Shown here in pieces: positions 38,099 to 47,627 of a stretch of 64,000 bases of DNA. Numbering within the stretch: position 1 is the stretch's first letter; every line of letters starts with the position of its first letter. The DNA comes from Candidatus Latescibacterota bacterium (lineage in GTDB: Bacteria; Latescibacterota; UBA2968). The translations under genes and the position numbers were made by a program. Location: the NCBI GenBank assembly GCA_965204375.1, contig OZ241986.1, forward strand, positions 384,001 to 448,000, written 5' to 3'. The notes under the pieces were generated by a model. That model was not told the origin of the DNA. It was given only the letters and a program-made list of their open reading frames with translations, and made no database searches.

Positions 38099-39415
38099 TT
38101 AATTTCTTATTGAACTGTTGTCGCGTTTTCGCTCGTCGGCTATGTGTTCGAGCATTTGATGTACGCGGTCGAGTTGTGTGGATGCTACATTTGTGGTTTC
38201 GTAAGGATCGGAGCCGATGTGAAAGAGTCCGGTTTCTTCGGGGGTTTGGCCTTCTTCGTAGATCAATTTCCAATTGCCCGTTCGCATGCCAAAGGACGAT
38301 CCTTTAAAGTTCCAGAAGATAGATCGTTCTTCGGGTATCGCGATGTCGCCTGTGAGCAGGGGCCAGATGTCTTGACCATCCCATTGGGGATCGCTGTTGG
38401 GCGTGTACCCGATGAGATTGGTCAGGGTTGGCATCCAATCGGTTATATGCAGGGGATGAAGGCATTTGCCGGGTTGGAGATGAAAAGGCCAATTGATCAG
38501 GGATGGGGTGCGGATACCGCCTTCGTAGAGTTGAGATTTTTGACCTCGCAGGGGCAGGTTGCTGCCCAGGCGCGGCATGTCTTCGTGGCGACCCGGGTAT
38601 TTGTCCGTGTCGTGAAGGGGACCGGCAGGGATGGCGCCGTTGTCCGATGAGAAGATGATGATGGTATTTTCGCGCTGGCACAGGCGGGCAAGGGTTTCGA
38701 CGAGTTGGCCGATGGCGTGGTCCATCTGGCTGGCGTACGCGGCATAGGTTTTGTATGAGCGGTCTTTGTTGTCGTCGGGATCGTAGCGCCGATCTGAATA
38801 GCGGTCTATCCAGTGTTGTGGAGCTTTGATGGGGGTGTGAACAGCGGTGAAAGGGACATAGCAAAACCATGGGGCTGTTTGCGCTTCAATCCATTGGGTG
38901 GCTTCACGTGCGATGAGGTCGGTGACGTGGCCGCGCTCTTCGACGAGTTCGCCATTGCGGTGCCAGGTGACGCTGTAGGGTCCTGATTTGTAGCGATGGT
39001 TATACGGGTCAACGCCGCCGGCCAGGCTCCCATAGCTGGTATTGAAACCAAATTGGTTGGGACCGTATTCGGGAGAAGATCCCAAATGCCACTTTCCAAA
39101 GAGGCCGGTTTCGTAGCCCGCATTGCGGAAGGATGAGGCGAGTGTTTCGTACCCATCTGGGAGGACGGTGGCGTTGGATGGGACGGTGGCGTGGCGTCCA
39201 AAGCGGCCGGGATGGCGTCCCGTGAGCAGGCAGGTGCGGGTGGGAGTACACATGGGACAGACATAGTGCTGGTCGAGTTCGATTCCCGTGGCTGCGAGGC
39301 GGTCGATGTTGGGCGTGCGAATATGTGAGCCGTGATAGCTGACGTCGCCCCAACCCATGTCGTCGGCGAGGATAAAGAGGATATTGGGTTTTTCGATTTT
39401 TCCAGATTTTGTCAT
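38099..39415 (-). CDS. Arylsulfatase B-like sulfatase
   Basis: PNILFILADDMG, CTPTR, GKWHLG, SDNG, LYEGGIR. Confidence 0.9.
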   Translation of the reverse strand: MTKSGKIEKPNILFILADDMGWGDVSYHGSHIRTPNIDRLAATGIELDQHYVCPMCTPTRTCLLTGRHPGRFGRHATVPSNATVLPDGYETLASSFRNAGYETGLFGKWHLGSSPEYGPNQFGFNTSYGSLAGGVDPYNHRYKSGPYSVTWHRNGELVEERGHVTDLIAREATQWIEAQTAPWFCYVPFTAVHTPIKAPQHWIDRYSDRRYDPDDNKDRSYKTYAAYASQMDHAIGQLVETLARLCQRENTIIIFSSDNGAIPAGPLHDTDKYPGRHEDMPRLGSNLPLRGQKSQLYEGGIRTPSLINWPFHLQPGKCLHPLHITDWMPTLTNLIGYTPNSDPQWDGQDIWPLLTGDIAIPEERSIFWNFKGSSFGMRTGNWKLIYEEGQTPEETGLFHIGSDPYETTNVASTQLDRVHQMLEHIADERKRDNSSIRN

Positions 39416-39437
39416 GTCGAGTATCCTGTTGAATAGT

Positions 39438-39845
39438 CTATAAAATCCACTGTCTGATTTTGCCGTTTTCCCTGTGTTTCGCATACCACAATAATAGGAT
39501 TATGATTGCGACACCTGTGCCATCCCATACCACATCAGTCCAGACGCCAGTGCGACTGGGTACAAAGGATTGATGGTATTCGTCCAATATTGCATAGAGA
39601 ATGGATATCAGGACGCTCCACAAGACACAGGAGGTAAATCGGTTCTTTGTCCATAGAGACCGAAAACACAAATAGGTCAGAATAGCATACTCTGCTATGT
39701 GTGCGAATTTGCGCGCCGCATGGTGTATTCGTTCATTGAAAAAGAAAATTTTTTCTGTATTTTCGAACGATAGCAGGCCACTTGAACCAAAAAAAATTAA
39801 GAGTAGCCAGACAAATAGGGCGATGCGCCAATGCGTTGTTGTCAT
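39438..39845 (-). CDS. VanZ family membrane protein
   Basis: RKFAHIAEYAIL, YAILDEYHQSFVPSRTG..DV. Confidence 0.88.
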   Translation of the reverse strand: MTTTHWRIALFVWLLLIFFGSSGLLSFENTEKIFFFNERIHHAARKFAHIAEYAILTYLCFRSLWTKNRFTSCVLWSVLISILYAILDEYHQSFVPSRTGVWTDVVWDGTGVAIIILLLWYAKHRENGKIRQWIL

Positions 39846-39858
39846 GATTTTTTCCACC

Positions 39859-40599
39859 CTACTGTGCTGTTTTGAGAGCTTGTATCGCGTCGTCGGTGGC
39901 GTCAATGACATGGGCGCCCGCGGGTACGATAAATTCAAACCATTTGTCTTTCAAATCTGGATTGATGGTCAAATTGTGAAAGGTCTGCGTGATGATCACA
40001 TTGTCTTCGGCATCAAAAAAGCCAATCCGGCGCAACAGGCCATCTTCGGGATTGATGAGTAATTGTGCTTTGACAGGGGGATTAGGCAGTTGTGCATGTA
40101 AGAGATTGACTTTGGTTTTGGCTTCAAAAACGCGGTGGGAGCGTTCCTCAAATATTTCGTCTGCGGTGTAGCGAATACTCGTCCATTCCAAACCTCTAAA
40201 GGGACGCAAGGGATCGGCCTGGTCTGCATCGGCTTCGAGGCTGGTTATGCGATAGACGCGCCCCAGGTTCACTTTGGAGACGATTTTTTCTTCGCGGTCA
40301 TAGGTCCACATCAATCCGCCATCAGACAAACGTTGTGAAATAATCACCTGATCTTGCACGGTGTCGAGACGCATCAGGTTGGGGCGCTTAAAGGTTGCGC
40401 TGGCATTGAGCGTCAGTTCTTGATCCATAACGCGAATGACGGTCGTTTGTTCGGTCTTGCAGGTGGCGATTTCTCTGGCATTTTTTTGAATTTCTACCAT
40501 TATTTCATCGGTTTTTCCATCTCCTGTTGACATTTTGTTTTCGTTTTCCGCGCTGACCTGAGTTGTGAGGATCAGCATTGCGATCACCCAGCGTTTCAT
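39859..40599 (-). CDS. LolA-like periplasmic carrier protein
   Basis: Signal peptide, FKRPNLMRL, SDGGLMWTYD, FEFIVPAGAHVID; AAGGAG RBS. Confidence 0.8.
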   Translation of the reverse strand: MKRWVIAMLILTTQVSAENENKMSTGDGKTDEIMVEIQKNAREIATCKTEQTTVIRVMDQELTLNASATFKRPNLMRLDTVQDQVIISQRLSDGGLMWTYDREEKIVSKVNLGRVYRITSLEADADQADPLRPFRGLEWTSIRYTADEIFEERSHRVFEAKTKVNLLHAQLPNPPVKAQLLINPEDGLLRRIGFFDAEDNVIITQTFHNLTINPDLKDKWFEFIVPAGAHVIDATDDAIQALKTAQ

Positions 40600-40611
40600 A
40601 ACTTGCTCCTT

Positions 40612-41208
40612 ATGAGAAATTTTATTCTTCGCGCTCGCAAAGGTCCCACCACACCCGATTTTTCTCTGGACTATCTGAGCCGGGTTGGACGATTGGAGAT
40701 TGTGGCGCATTGTTTGGCCAATGCGCTTTTTTATTCTCAAAATATACGAACGAATACTGTTGTACATCTCGTCTTTGATGGGCCTTCGGATCCGCCAAAA
40801 ACCGTGCGGTTTGAGAGCGATCATTTAACCTATTTGGGTGGGTTTGATGAACGCACGCTGGCAGGGGCTGTACAAAAAGCACTATCTGCTGGCAAGGGTT
40901 TGTCACTGGGCGAAGAGCGGCAGGTTGATGACGGCCTGTTTGTGGCAAAAAAGGGATTTGAACGCGTTGTGCAAGATCGTACGGAATCGCTCTATGTACT
41001 CGAGCGCCGAGGTGTTGACATTCGCACGGTGACATTTCCTCAGGATGTAACTTTTGTTTTTTCAGATCATCTCACAATGCCAAAAAAAACGGCTAAGTAT
41101 TTGCGCCGCCTCGGTGCCAAGCCGATTTGCGTAGGTCCCAGGTTGTTGTTTGCCTCTCAGTGTATTGTGTTGCTACACAATGAGTTGGACCGGCAGGGTA
41201 TTTGGTAA
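40612..41208 (+). CDS. trmY: tRNA (pseudouridine54-N1)-methyltransferase TrmY (SPOUT)
   Basis: MRNFILRARKGPT, GRLEIVAHC, FDER, FVFSDH, VGPRLLFASQCIVLLHNELDR. Confidence 0.85.
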   Translation: MRNFILRARKGPTTPDFSLDYLSRVGRLEIVAHCLANALFYSQNIRTNTVVHLVFDGPSDPPKTVRFESDHLTYLGGFDERTLAGAVQKALSAGKGLSLGEERQVDDGLFVAKKGFERVVQDRTESLYVLERRGVDIRTVTFPQDVTFVFSDHLTMPKKTAKYLRRLGAKPICVGPRLLFASQCIVLLHNELDRQGIW

Positions 41209-41214
41209 AACGAT

Positions 41215-41712
41215 TTACTGGAAGAGTTTGAATGTCGCGCCGATGTGTCCGGAAAATCCGCTGACAACATCGTTTTGATCTTCGACAAATTTGATCCTGA
41301 CAAATAATCCGAGTTTTTCACCTATTGGAAATTTGTATCCCAATTCCCCACCTATAAAACGTCCAGAAGTTCCATCCGATATTACACGTCCAATACTCGG
41401 TCCAAAAAATAGCTTGTGGGATTCAAAGTCGCGCATGCCAATTGCATAATTGAGACTCGTGCCCAGGGTCTGCATCATCGGGCTGGCAAAACTTATGTCG
41501 TAAAACGGCGCAAATATGAATGGACCAGGCAGGTTGAGATGGACAGAGGCGTGCAGGGCGATCCCGCCGGCTGATTCAAAACGCTGGCGAATACTGTCGT
41601 TCCACATAAAGCCCCCACCCAGGTTTACGCCGTCGATAAATGCCGCATCGGCAGTGCTTATACCAGAAGACAACATACATAGCGCGAGACAAAAACTTTT
41701 TAGAATCTTCAT
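41215..41712 (-). CDS. Small outer-membrane beta-barrel protein
   Basis: Signal peptide, alternating amphipathic strands, terminal GATFKLF. Confidence 0.6.
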   Translation of the reverse strand: MKILKSFCLALCMLSSGISTADAAFIDGVNLGGGFMWNDSIRQRFESAGGIALHASVHLNLPGPFIFAPFYDISFASPMMQTLGTSLNYAIGMRDFESHKLFFGPSIGRVISDGTSGRFIGGELGYKFPIGEKLGLFVRIKFVEDQNDVVSGFSGHIGATFKLFQ

Positions 41713-41723
41713 AAACTCTCCTT

Positions 41724-42803
41724 TTAAAGATACCGTTCACTATCTGATCGCTCGTCCAATGCAGCGACCACATCTTTTACGCGCTGAGAGCTATCGCGGG
41801 GCAAAATAAGCAGGGCATCGCCCGTATCAACTACGATTAAATTCTCGACATCGACCAGTGCGATTACTTTGTCTTTGCTGCCATAAACTGTTGTGTTTTT
41901 TGCATTGAGCGACAGCACATTGCCACGCAGCACATTGCCATTTTCATCTGTGGGCAAGACATCTGGCAAAGCACCCCACGCGCCAATATCGCTCCACTCG
42001 ATATCTGCTTGCAGGGTCGCAATATCCGACGCGCGTTCGATAATCGCATGATCAATGGCGATGTTTTTCATCTGCGGATAGACCCCGGTAATGACGTCTG
42101 CTTCTCGTCCCTCTTTGGCAGCGGTGCCAATTTGTTCGAGCAGGGCATACATCTCGGGTTCAAATTTTGCAAAAAGATCCAGCATTGTTCTGGCTTTCCA
42201 CACAAACATATTGCTATTCCACAGATATTGACCGCTCTCCAGATATGTTTTTGCGGCTTCTGCATCGGGTTTTTCTCTGAATGACTCTACGGCATAAATC
42301 GGCTCATTGTTTATCTTTGCAATCACATCGCCTTTTTGTATATATCCAAAGCCCGTGTCTGCGCGCGTTGGTTTTACTCCGAGTACAAACAGGGTCTCGG
42401 CGCGACCTTTCAGCGCGTCTTCCGCTACTTTGAGCAACCGACAAAATTCCTCTGGTTTGCCAATGTGATGATCAGAACCCAAACTCGCAATTGTACATCC
42501 GGGAAAACGAGCTTCCAATAAGGCGCACTCAAGCCCGACCGCAGGCCCTGTGTTGCGGAGTGCTGGTTCTACAATCGCGTTTTCAGCAGACAATTCGGGC
42601 AATTGTTCTCGAATGCTATGCAATAGTTTAACGCCGGTAGATACATAAAGGTCATCTATTTTGGCCAGTGAATTGAGGCGATCTACCGCCTCCTGCAACA
42701 TTGTGCGTTCACCCGTCAAAGCGTGAAATTGTTTGGGTCTGCTCTTGCGACTCAAGGGCCATAGCCGCGTACCAACACCACCCGCGCGAATTACAAATTT
42801 CAT
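41724..42803 (-). CDS. manC: Mannose-1-phosphate guanylyltransferase
   Basis: AGGVGTRLWPLSR..PKQF, EPALRNT, SDH, FREKP, WNSNMF, WSDIGAW. Confidence 0.88.
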   Translation of the reverse strand: MKFVIRAGGVGTRLWPLSRKSRPKQFHALTGERTMLQEAVDRLNSLAKIDDLYVSTGVKLLHSIREQLPELSAENAIVEPALRNTGPAVGLECALLEARFPGCTIASLGSDHHIGKPEEFCRLLKVAEDALKGRAETLFVLGVKPTRADTGFGYIQKGDVIAKINNEPIYAVESFREKPDAEAAKTYLESGQYLWNSNMFVWKARTMLDLFAKFEPEMYALLEQIGTAAKEGREADVITGVYPQMKNIAIDHAIIERASDIATLQADIEWSDIGAWGALPDVLPTDENGNVLRGNVLSLNAKNTTVYGSKDKVIALVDVENLIVVDTGDALLILPRDSSQRVKDVVAALDERSDSERYL

Positions 42804-42952
42804 GTTCCGTATCCAGATATCATAAAGCCAAAAGTAATATTTCTTGCAAGGGGGTACAACCGAAACCTTGCAGCAAAGGCCGTCTTTTTTTATCTTTATT
42901 CAAATTCACACGCATCATCGGGGGTGCTACCCCACAACAGGAGCTGACTGTT

Positions 42953-44002
42953 ATGGCACTGACTGCCACTACTTTGGAAGAGACCTATCAACAGATGGCC
43001 GAGCGATTAGAGGGCATTGTGCCCGATATCGAATTGCGCTACAAAGCCGAATTGGCTTACGAAATCAATAAGCTAAAAAAAGAGCGCGGGGCCATTATCC
43101 TCGGGCATAACTACATGGAGCCGGCACTTTATCACTCTGTGCCAGATGTCGTGGGCGATTCGCTCGAGTTATCGCGTAAAGCCGCAGAAACCGACGCTGA
43201 TCCCATTGTCTTTTGCGGCGTGCGCTTTATGGCCGAGACCGCAAAAATTCTCAATCCCGACAAAACCGTGCTCTTGCCCGCGCGCGTTGCGGGCTGTTCA
43301 CTCGCCGCGAGCATTACCGCGGAAGATGTTCGCAATCTGCGCGAACAATATCCGGGCGTTCCCATTGTCACGTATATCAACACTTATGCCGATGTCAAAG
43401 CCGAATGCGATATTTGCTGTACATCGGGCAATGCCCACAAAGTTGTCGAATCGCTCAATTCGGATACCATTATCTTTTTGCCCGATGAATATTTAGCCGC
43501 CAATGTGGCGCAAGAGACCAATAAGCGCATTATTTTTCCCACAATAACGGGATTTTCCGATCCCAAACCCGGTCTTGAATACGAAATGATCGGCTGGCAT
43601 GGTAGGTGTGAGGTCCACGAGCAATTTTCCGTTCAGGATATTGAAAATGTGCGCGTGCAGTTTCCCGATGTCGTTGTTCTCTCCCACCCGGAATGCAGTC
43701 CTGAAGTGGTCGCTGCGTCCGATTTTTCGGGCAGTACCTCTCGCATGGTCGATTATGTGCGCGAAATGGATGCCGAGCGGTATTTGCTGCTCACAGAATG
43801 CAGCATGGGCGACAATATCGCAGCGGAAAATCCGGATAAAGAAATGGTTGGCCTGTGCAGCATTCGCTGTCCACATATGAACGAAATTACACTTGAAGAT
43901 ACGCTCAATGCACTTGAATATAACGAGCAAATCATCGAGGTCCCCGAAGAGATCCGCGTGCGCGCATTAAAAGCTGTGGAACGCATGCTGGAGATTGTAT
44001 GA
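42953..44002 (+). CDS. nadA: Quinolinate synthase A
   Basis: GHNYM, GDSLELS, FCGVRFMAET, GCSLA, CEVH, HPEC, CPHM; AGGAG RBS. Confidence 0.96.
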   Translation: MALTATTLEETYQQMAERLEGIVPDIELRYKAELAYEINKLKKERGAIILGHNYMEPALYHSVPDVVGDSLELSRKAAETDADPIVFCGVRFMAETAKILNPDKTVLLPARVAGCSLAASITAEDVRNLREQYPGVPIVTYINTYADVKAECDICCTSGNAHKVVESLNSDTIIFLPDEYLAANVAQETNKRIIFPTITGFSDPKPGLEYEMIGWHGRCEVHEQFSVQDIENVRVQFPDVVVLSHPECSPEVVAASDFSGSTSRMVDYVREMDAERYLLLTECSMGDNIAAENPDKEMVGLCSIRCPHMNEITLEDTLNALEYNEQIIEVPEEIRVRALKAVERMLEIV

Positions 44003-44031
44003 TCGCTTTAAAAACACAGTTACACGATACC

Positions 44032-44059
44032 AAAGGCCCGGTGGATTCCGGGCCTTTTT
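44032..44059. terminator. Bidirectional intrinsic terminator
   Basis: AAAGGCCCGG-TGGATT-CCGGGCCTTTTT between convergent genes. Confidence 0.8.
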
Positions 44060-44104
44060 CGATGTTGAACATCAGACCTGTGTGTTTTTGGTCAATGCCC
44101 AATC

Positions 44105-45436
44105 TCACTCACCATCGTAAACTTCTGTTTGGAACAAATTGTTTTGAAAATCGAGGTACTGATCTTTTGTCATCTCTGGTTTGTAATTTGCAAGCACGGC
44201 TTTTGCCTCTGCCGCGCGGTCGTAAAGCAGATCCACTGCCATAAGTGCCAGTGATTTTGCTGGTTCTACATATCCCATCTCTTTATCGGAAATATGCCAC
44301 TCTACGCTGTGTCCTGGTCCCGCGGCTCCCGACATATAGGGATGAATCGCGGGCATAATGCAGGATATATCGCCCATATCTGTTGAACCGGTTCTGTGGC
44401 CGACTGCACAAAATTCATCTTCTCCGAAACGCGCTCTGGCATTTTTTTCATAGAGTGCTTGCAAATCCGCATTGTTTTTTAATGGCATATATCCCGGTAG
44501 TGTTTCTATTTCTACTGTTGCGCCAAGTGCCATTGCACCGGCTCGAAGTGCGCGATCTACTTTCATACTGGCATCGAGAATTGCTTCTGCTGTGCGGCCT
44601 CGAACATAAGTTTCCATGCAAACTTCGTCGGGTATGACATTGACCAAATCTCCGCCTTTGGTGATGATGGGATGCACACGCACTGCATCGTGATCCTGGA
44701 ACGTTTCGCGCTGTGCATTGATGGCATTCAGAGCAATTTGAGCGGCATTCAGAGCATTGATACCCCGGTGAGGTGCGCCTCCCGCATGCGCGGCTTTGCC
44801 CACAAACCGAATCATCTTTGCTACAAATCCATTAGATGAGGCGGAAACCGCGGCTTTTGTCAATGATTCATCGCTATGTGTATGAATCATAATCGCCATA
44901 TCGATATCGTCAAAATGTCCGTGCTTGATCAATTCGGGTTTGCCCCCCAAAAAATTCAACTTGCCCGTTTTCACCAGATTCAAGCGGTATTCAACCTCTA
45001 CAAATTCCTCTGCGGGCACGGCGAAAAAGACGACTCTTCCCGCCAAATCGTCAACTACGCGCGCATCCACTATGCCCATCATTGCACCCATCAATCCCGC
45101 GATCTGTGCATTGTGACCACAAGCATGCGCAGCACCCGTATTGGGATTGGCATTGGGATGGCCGGAAACCAAGAGCGAGTCGAGTTCGCCAATTAGTGCA
45201 ATAGTTGGCCCCGGCTTACTTCCCTGTAACACGCCTTTTACACCTGTAATTGCCAGCTCGGTTTCACACGGTACGCCAAATTCGTCCATTGTTTGCGATA
45301 CCAACTTTGCTGTCTCAAATTCTTTAAATCCCAATTCGGGATTTAACATAATGTGATCGCCAATGCGACAAATCTGATCTCGCCGTCGATCAATGGCTTC
45401 ACAAACGCGCTTCTTGAGTTCGGCTTTTGTGGGCAT
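44105..45436 (-). CDS. M20D family amidohydrolase
   Basis: NPELGFKE, ELDSL, HACGH, PAEE, GKAAHAG, GSTDMGD. Confidence 0.9.
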   Translation of the reverse strand: MPTKAELKKRVCEAIDRRRDQICRIGDHIMLNPELGFKEFETAKLVSQTMDEFGVPCETELAITGVKGVLQGSKPGPTIALIGELDSLLVSGHPNANPNTGAAHACGHNAQIAGLMGAMMGIVDARVVDDLAGRVVFFAVPAEEFVEVEYRLNLVKTGKLNFLGGKPELIKHGHFDDIDMAIMIHTHSDESLTKAAVSASSNGFVAKMIRFVGKAAHAGGAPHRGINALNAAQIALNAINAQRETFQDHDAVRVHPIITKGGDLVNVIPDEVCMETYVRGRTAEAILDASMKVDRALRAGAMALGATVEIETLPGYMPLKNNADLQALYEKNARARFGEDEFCAVGHRTGSTDMGDISCIMPAIHPYMSGAAGPGHSVEWHISDKEMGYVEPAKSLALMAVDLLYDRAAEAKAVLANYKPEMTKDQYLDFQNNLFQTEVYDGE

Positions 45437-45462
45437 AAATTCCTCCGAGTATCTTTATTTTT

Positions 45463-46506
45463 TTACCTGATTTTTAATAATAATATCAGCAAAAGAGGTG
45501 TTACAATGGCCTGTAAAAGTGTAAATCTGACCAGTACCTGTGTATTGGACCAGCCCCATTTCTGGCGGACGTGATCGTGCAGGGGATAACGCACCTGTTT
45601 GAAAATGCCGATTTTAAAAAAGCGCAATAAAGCGACTTTTAGAAGACCTGTTGCGCCATTGACCAGCACCACTCCGGCTACTACAATAATCAAAAACGGA
45701 TTCCCACACGCCAGGACCAGCATGCCGAGTAATAAGCCCAGAGGGCGAGATCCGGCATCGCCCATCAACACGGCACTTGGATTGGCATTGTGCCATAAAT
45801 AGCCCACCAGACACCCCGTCATGACAAAAGCCATTACTGCCCAATTAGCCGCCTCTTTGTAGTGCGGCACAAGCAGATATTGGGCAATATCTCGGTGTCC
45901 CACAATGACGTACAATGCGCCACCCAAAAAAATGAATGCCAGCATGCACAAACTGCCCGATAGGCCATCCACGCCGTCTGTGCAATTTGTAGCATTAATG
46001 GCCATCCACAACAAGCACGTAGCAATGGGGATATAAATCCAGGGTGGCACAATAACCGATGTCTTAATTAGTGGTAGCCACACTTCGACTGCTGCCATCT
46101 GGCACACTACCATAGCTCCTAAAATGGAGATGATCAGATCGAACAACCCCATGCGGTATTCACTCCATTCATAGCGGTCATCGAAAAATCCCACCAGCAT
46201 TGCCAAAAACAGGCATCCCAAAGCGGCCAGATATCGCGTTCCAAGAGGGACAAATAAGAACCCGACAACTATAAAAATAGAAATGAAAATAACGCCTGCC
46301 CCTACGGGCTTGCCTTTATTTAGTGCGGCGCCAACAGCATGCTCACGTCCCTGGTCCTGTGGTAATCTGTGCCACAATTTGGGTAAAATCCTCCAGGTGA
46401 AGACGCAGGCGAGCGCGGTACCTGCACCAACCAAAAAGAGATAAGAAGTGAAGAGGCGAAAAGGCCCATAGATGTCCAACAATTGCTCTCCCAACCAGTA
46501 GAGCAC
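45463..46506 (-). CDS. mraY: Phospho-N-acetylmuramoyl-pentapeptide transferase (divergent MraY, standalone)
   Basis: GFFDD, NATNCTDGVDGL, LWHNANPS.VLMGDAGS, PLHDH; multiple TM helices. Confidence 0.85.
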   Translation of the reverse strand: MLYWLGEQLLDIYGPFRLFTSYLFLVGAGTALACVFTWRILPKLWHRLPQDQGREHAVGAALNKGKPVGAGVIFISIFIVVGFLFVPLGTRYLAALGCLFLAMLVGFFDDRYEWSEYRMGLFDLIISILGAMVVCQMAAVEVWLPLIKTSVIVPPWIYIPIATCLLWMAINATNCTDGVDGLSGSLCMLAFIFLGGALYVIVGHRDIAQYLLVPHYKEAANWAVMAFVMTGCLVGYLWHNANPSAVLMGDAGSRPLGLLLGMLVLACGNPFLIIVVAGVVLVNGATGLLKVALLRFFKIGIFKQVRYPLHDHVRQKWGWSNTQVLVRFTLLQAIVTPLLLILLLKIR

Positions 46507-46622
46507 AGCGCAAACTCCCGTGTGATATGATTTGAAAAACGAAACAAATCACCCCAATGTAAGGTCTCTATGATTAAAGGGCAAGTCTGAACTCATATCC
46601 GATTCTTTGTAAAAGAAAAACC

Positions 46623-46651
46623 TTGACGCGAAAACAGAGACTTTCTATTTT
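46623..46651 (+). promoter_or_regulatory. Sigma70-like promoter of the His leader
   Basis: TTGACG-N17-TATTTT, 9 nt before the leader ATG (near-leaderless). Confidence 0.6.
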
Positions 46652-46660
46652 GTGGTCATT

Positions 46661-46810
46661 ATGAACGCATTGATCAAAAAACCGGTTATTTTTTTAAATC
46701 CAAACACAGTTTTGGCCGGGGATGCGTTTGTCCGTACCGCTCAGCATCATACTCATCATGCTACGTCTGCGACTTTTTGCATGACGCGCTCGGCGGTGGA
46801 TATGTCATAA
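46661..46810 (+). CDS. Histidine attenuator leader peptide (49 aa, QHHTHH)
   Basis: MNALIKKPVIFLNPNTVLAGDAFVRTAQHHTHHATSATFCMTRSAVDMS*; four CAT codons at 46745-46759. Confidence 0.78.
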   Translation: MNALIKKPVIFLNPNTVLAGDAFVRTAQHHTHHATSATFCMTRSAVDMS

Positions 46811-46831
46811 TAGTTGTCCAATGAAATGAAC

Positions 46832-46866
46832 AAGCCCGCTGTCGAGAGACAGTGGGCTTTTTTTTT
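46832..46866 (+). terminator. Attenuator terminator
   Basis: AAGCCCGCTGTC-GAGA-GACAGTGGGC followed by T9, directly before the RBS of the next gene. Confidence 0.85.
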
Positions 46867-46872
46867 AGGAGA

Positions 46873-47601
46873 ATGACCATGGCACACAATGACGATGCTT
46901 ATGGACGCATGATGTGGGACTTTCATTGCGGCATGCCCGCAGAGGAAATTGTAGAACGCGAAGATGGATACATAACTGCAGGTGTTTCCAGCGCTTATTT
47001 TAATCCCCATAGCGACTGGCCTCTGCATCAGCGAGAATCGATGAACTATGTTCGTGGATGCGTTCTCGACATCGGTTGTGGACCCGGACGTCATGCTCTC
47101 TACCTTCAGGAAGAAGGTTTTGATGTTTTGGGCATTGACGCTTCTCCTCTTGCGATCAAGGTGGCGAAAGAACGCGGTCTCAAAAAAGCCAGAGTTTTGA
47201 GTGTAACACAAATTTCCTCTCGGCTCGGTCAGTTTGATACCATGCTCATGATGGGCAGTAATTTCGGTCTCTTTGGCAATTTGAAGCGCGCCCGGTGGCT
47301 TTTGAGAAAGATGCGCAATATGACATCTTCCGATGCGAGAATTATTGCCGAATCCGCAGATCCTTACAGCACGACGAGAAAAGCGCATCTGGATTATCAC
47401 AAATTGAATCGCGAGCGGGGCAAGTTCTCGTGTCAGCTCAAAATTCGCATTCGATACGAACATTATATCGGCGCCTGGTTTGAATACCTCAAAGTATCTC
47501 GAAAAGAGATGGCATTTATTCTGGAAGGTACTGGCTGGCAAATTTCGCGATTTATTCCGGAAACGGAGAGTGTTTATGTCGCGATTATTGAGAAAATTTG
47601 A
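46873..47601 (+). CDS. Class I SAM-dependent methyltransferase
   Basis: [17 protein letters not shown]; AGGAG RBS. Confidence 0.88.
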   Translation: MTMAHNDDAYGRMMWDFHCGMPAEEIVEREDGYITAGVSSAYFNPHSDWPLHQRESMNYVRGCVLDIGCGPGRHALYLQEEGFDVLGIDASPLAIKVAKERGLKKARVLSVTQISSRLGQFDTMLMMGSNFGLFGNLKRARWLLRKMRNMTSSDARIIAESADPYSTTRKAHLDYHKLNRERGKFSCQLKIRIRYEHYIGAWFEYLKVSRKEMAFILEGTGWQISRFIPETESVYVAIIEKI

Positions 47602-47627
47602 GGACAACACAAAAAAAGGAAATCGCT

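Noticed and set aside
42840-42952. Possible NAD+ riboswitch upstream of nadA (hairpins TGCAAGG/CCTTGCA and GGGGT/ACCCC, two ACAAC motifs)
   Set aside because: I could not fit the nested stem architecture of the nadA motif or the NAD+-II consensus; an Infernal/Rfam scan would be needed
46756-47610. 284-aa minus-strand ORF over the attenuator and methyltransferase
   Set aside because: Antisense to a clear methyltransferase gene and without recognisable features
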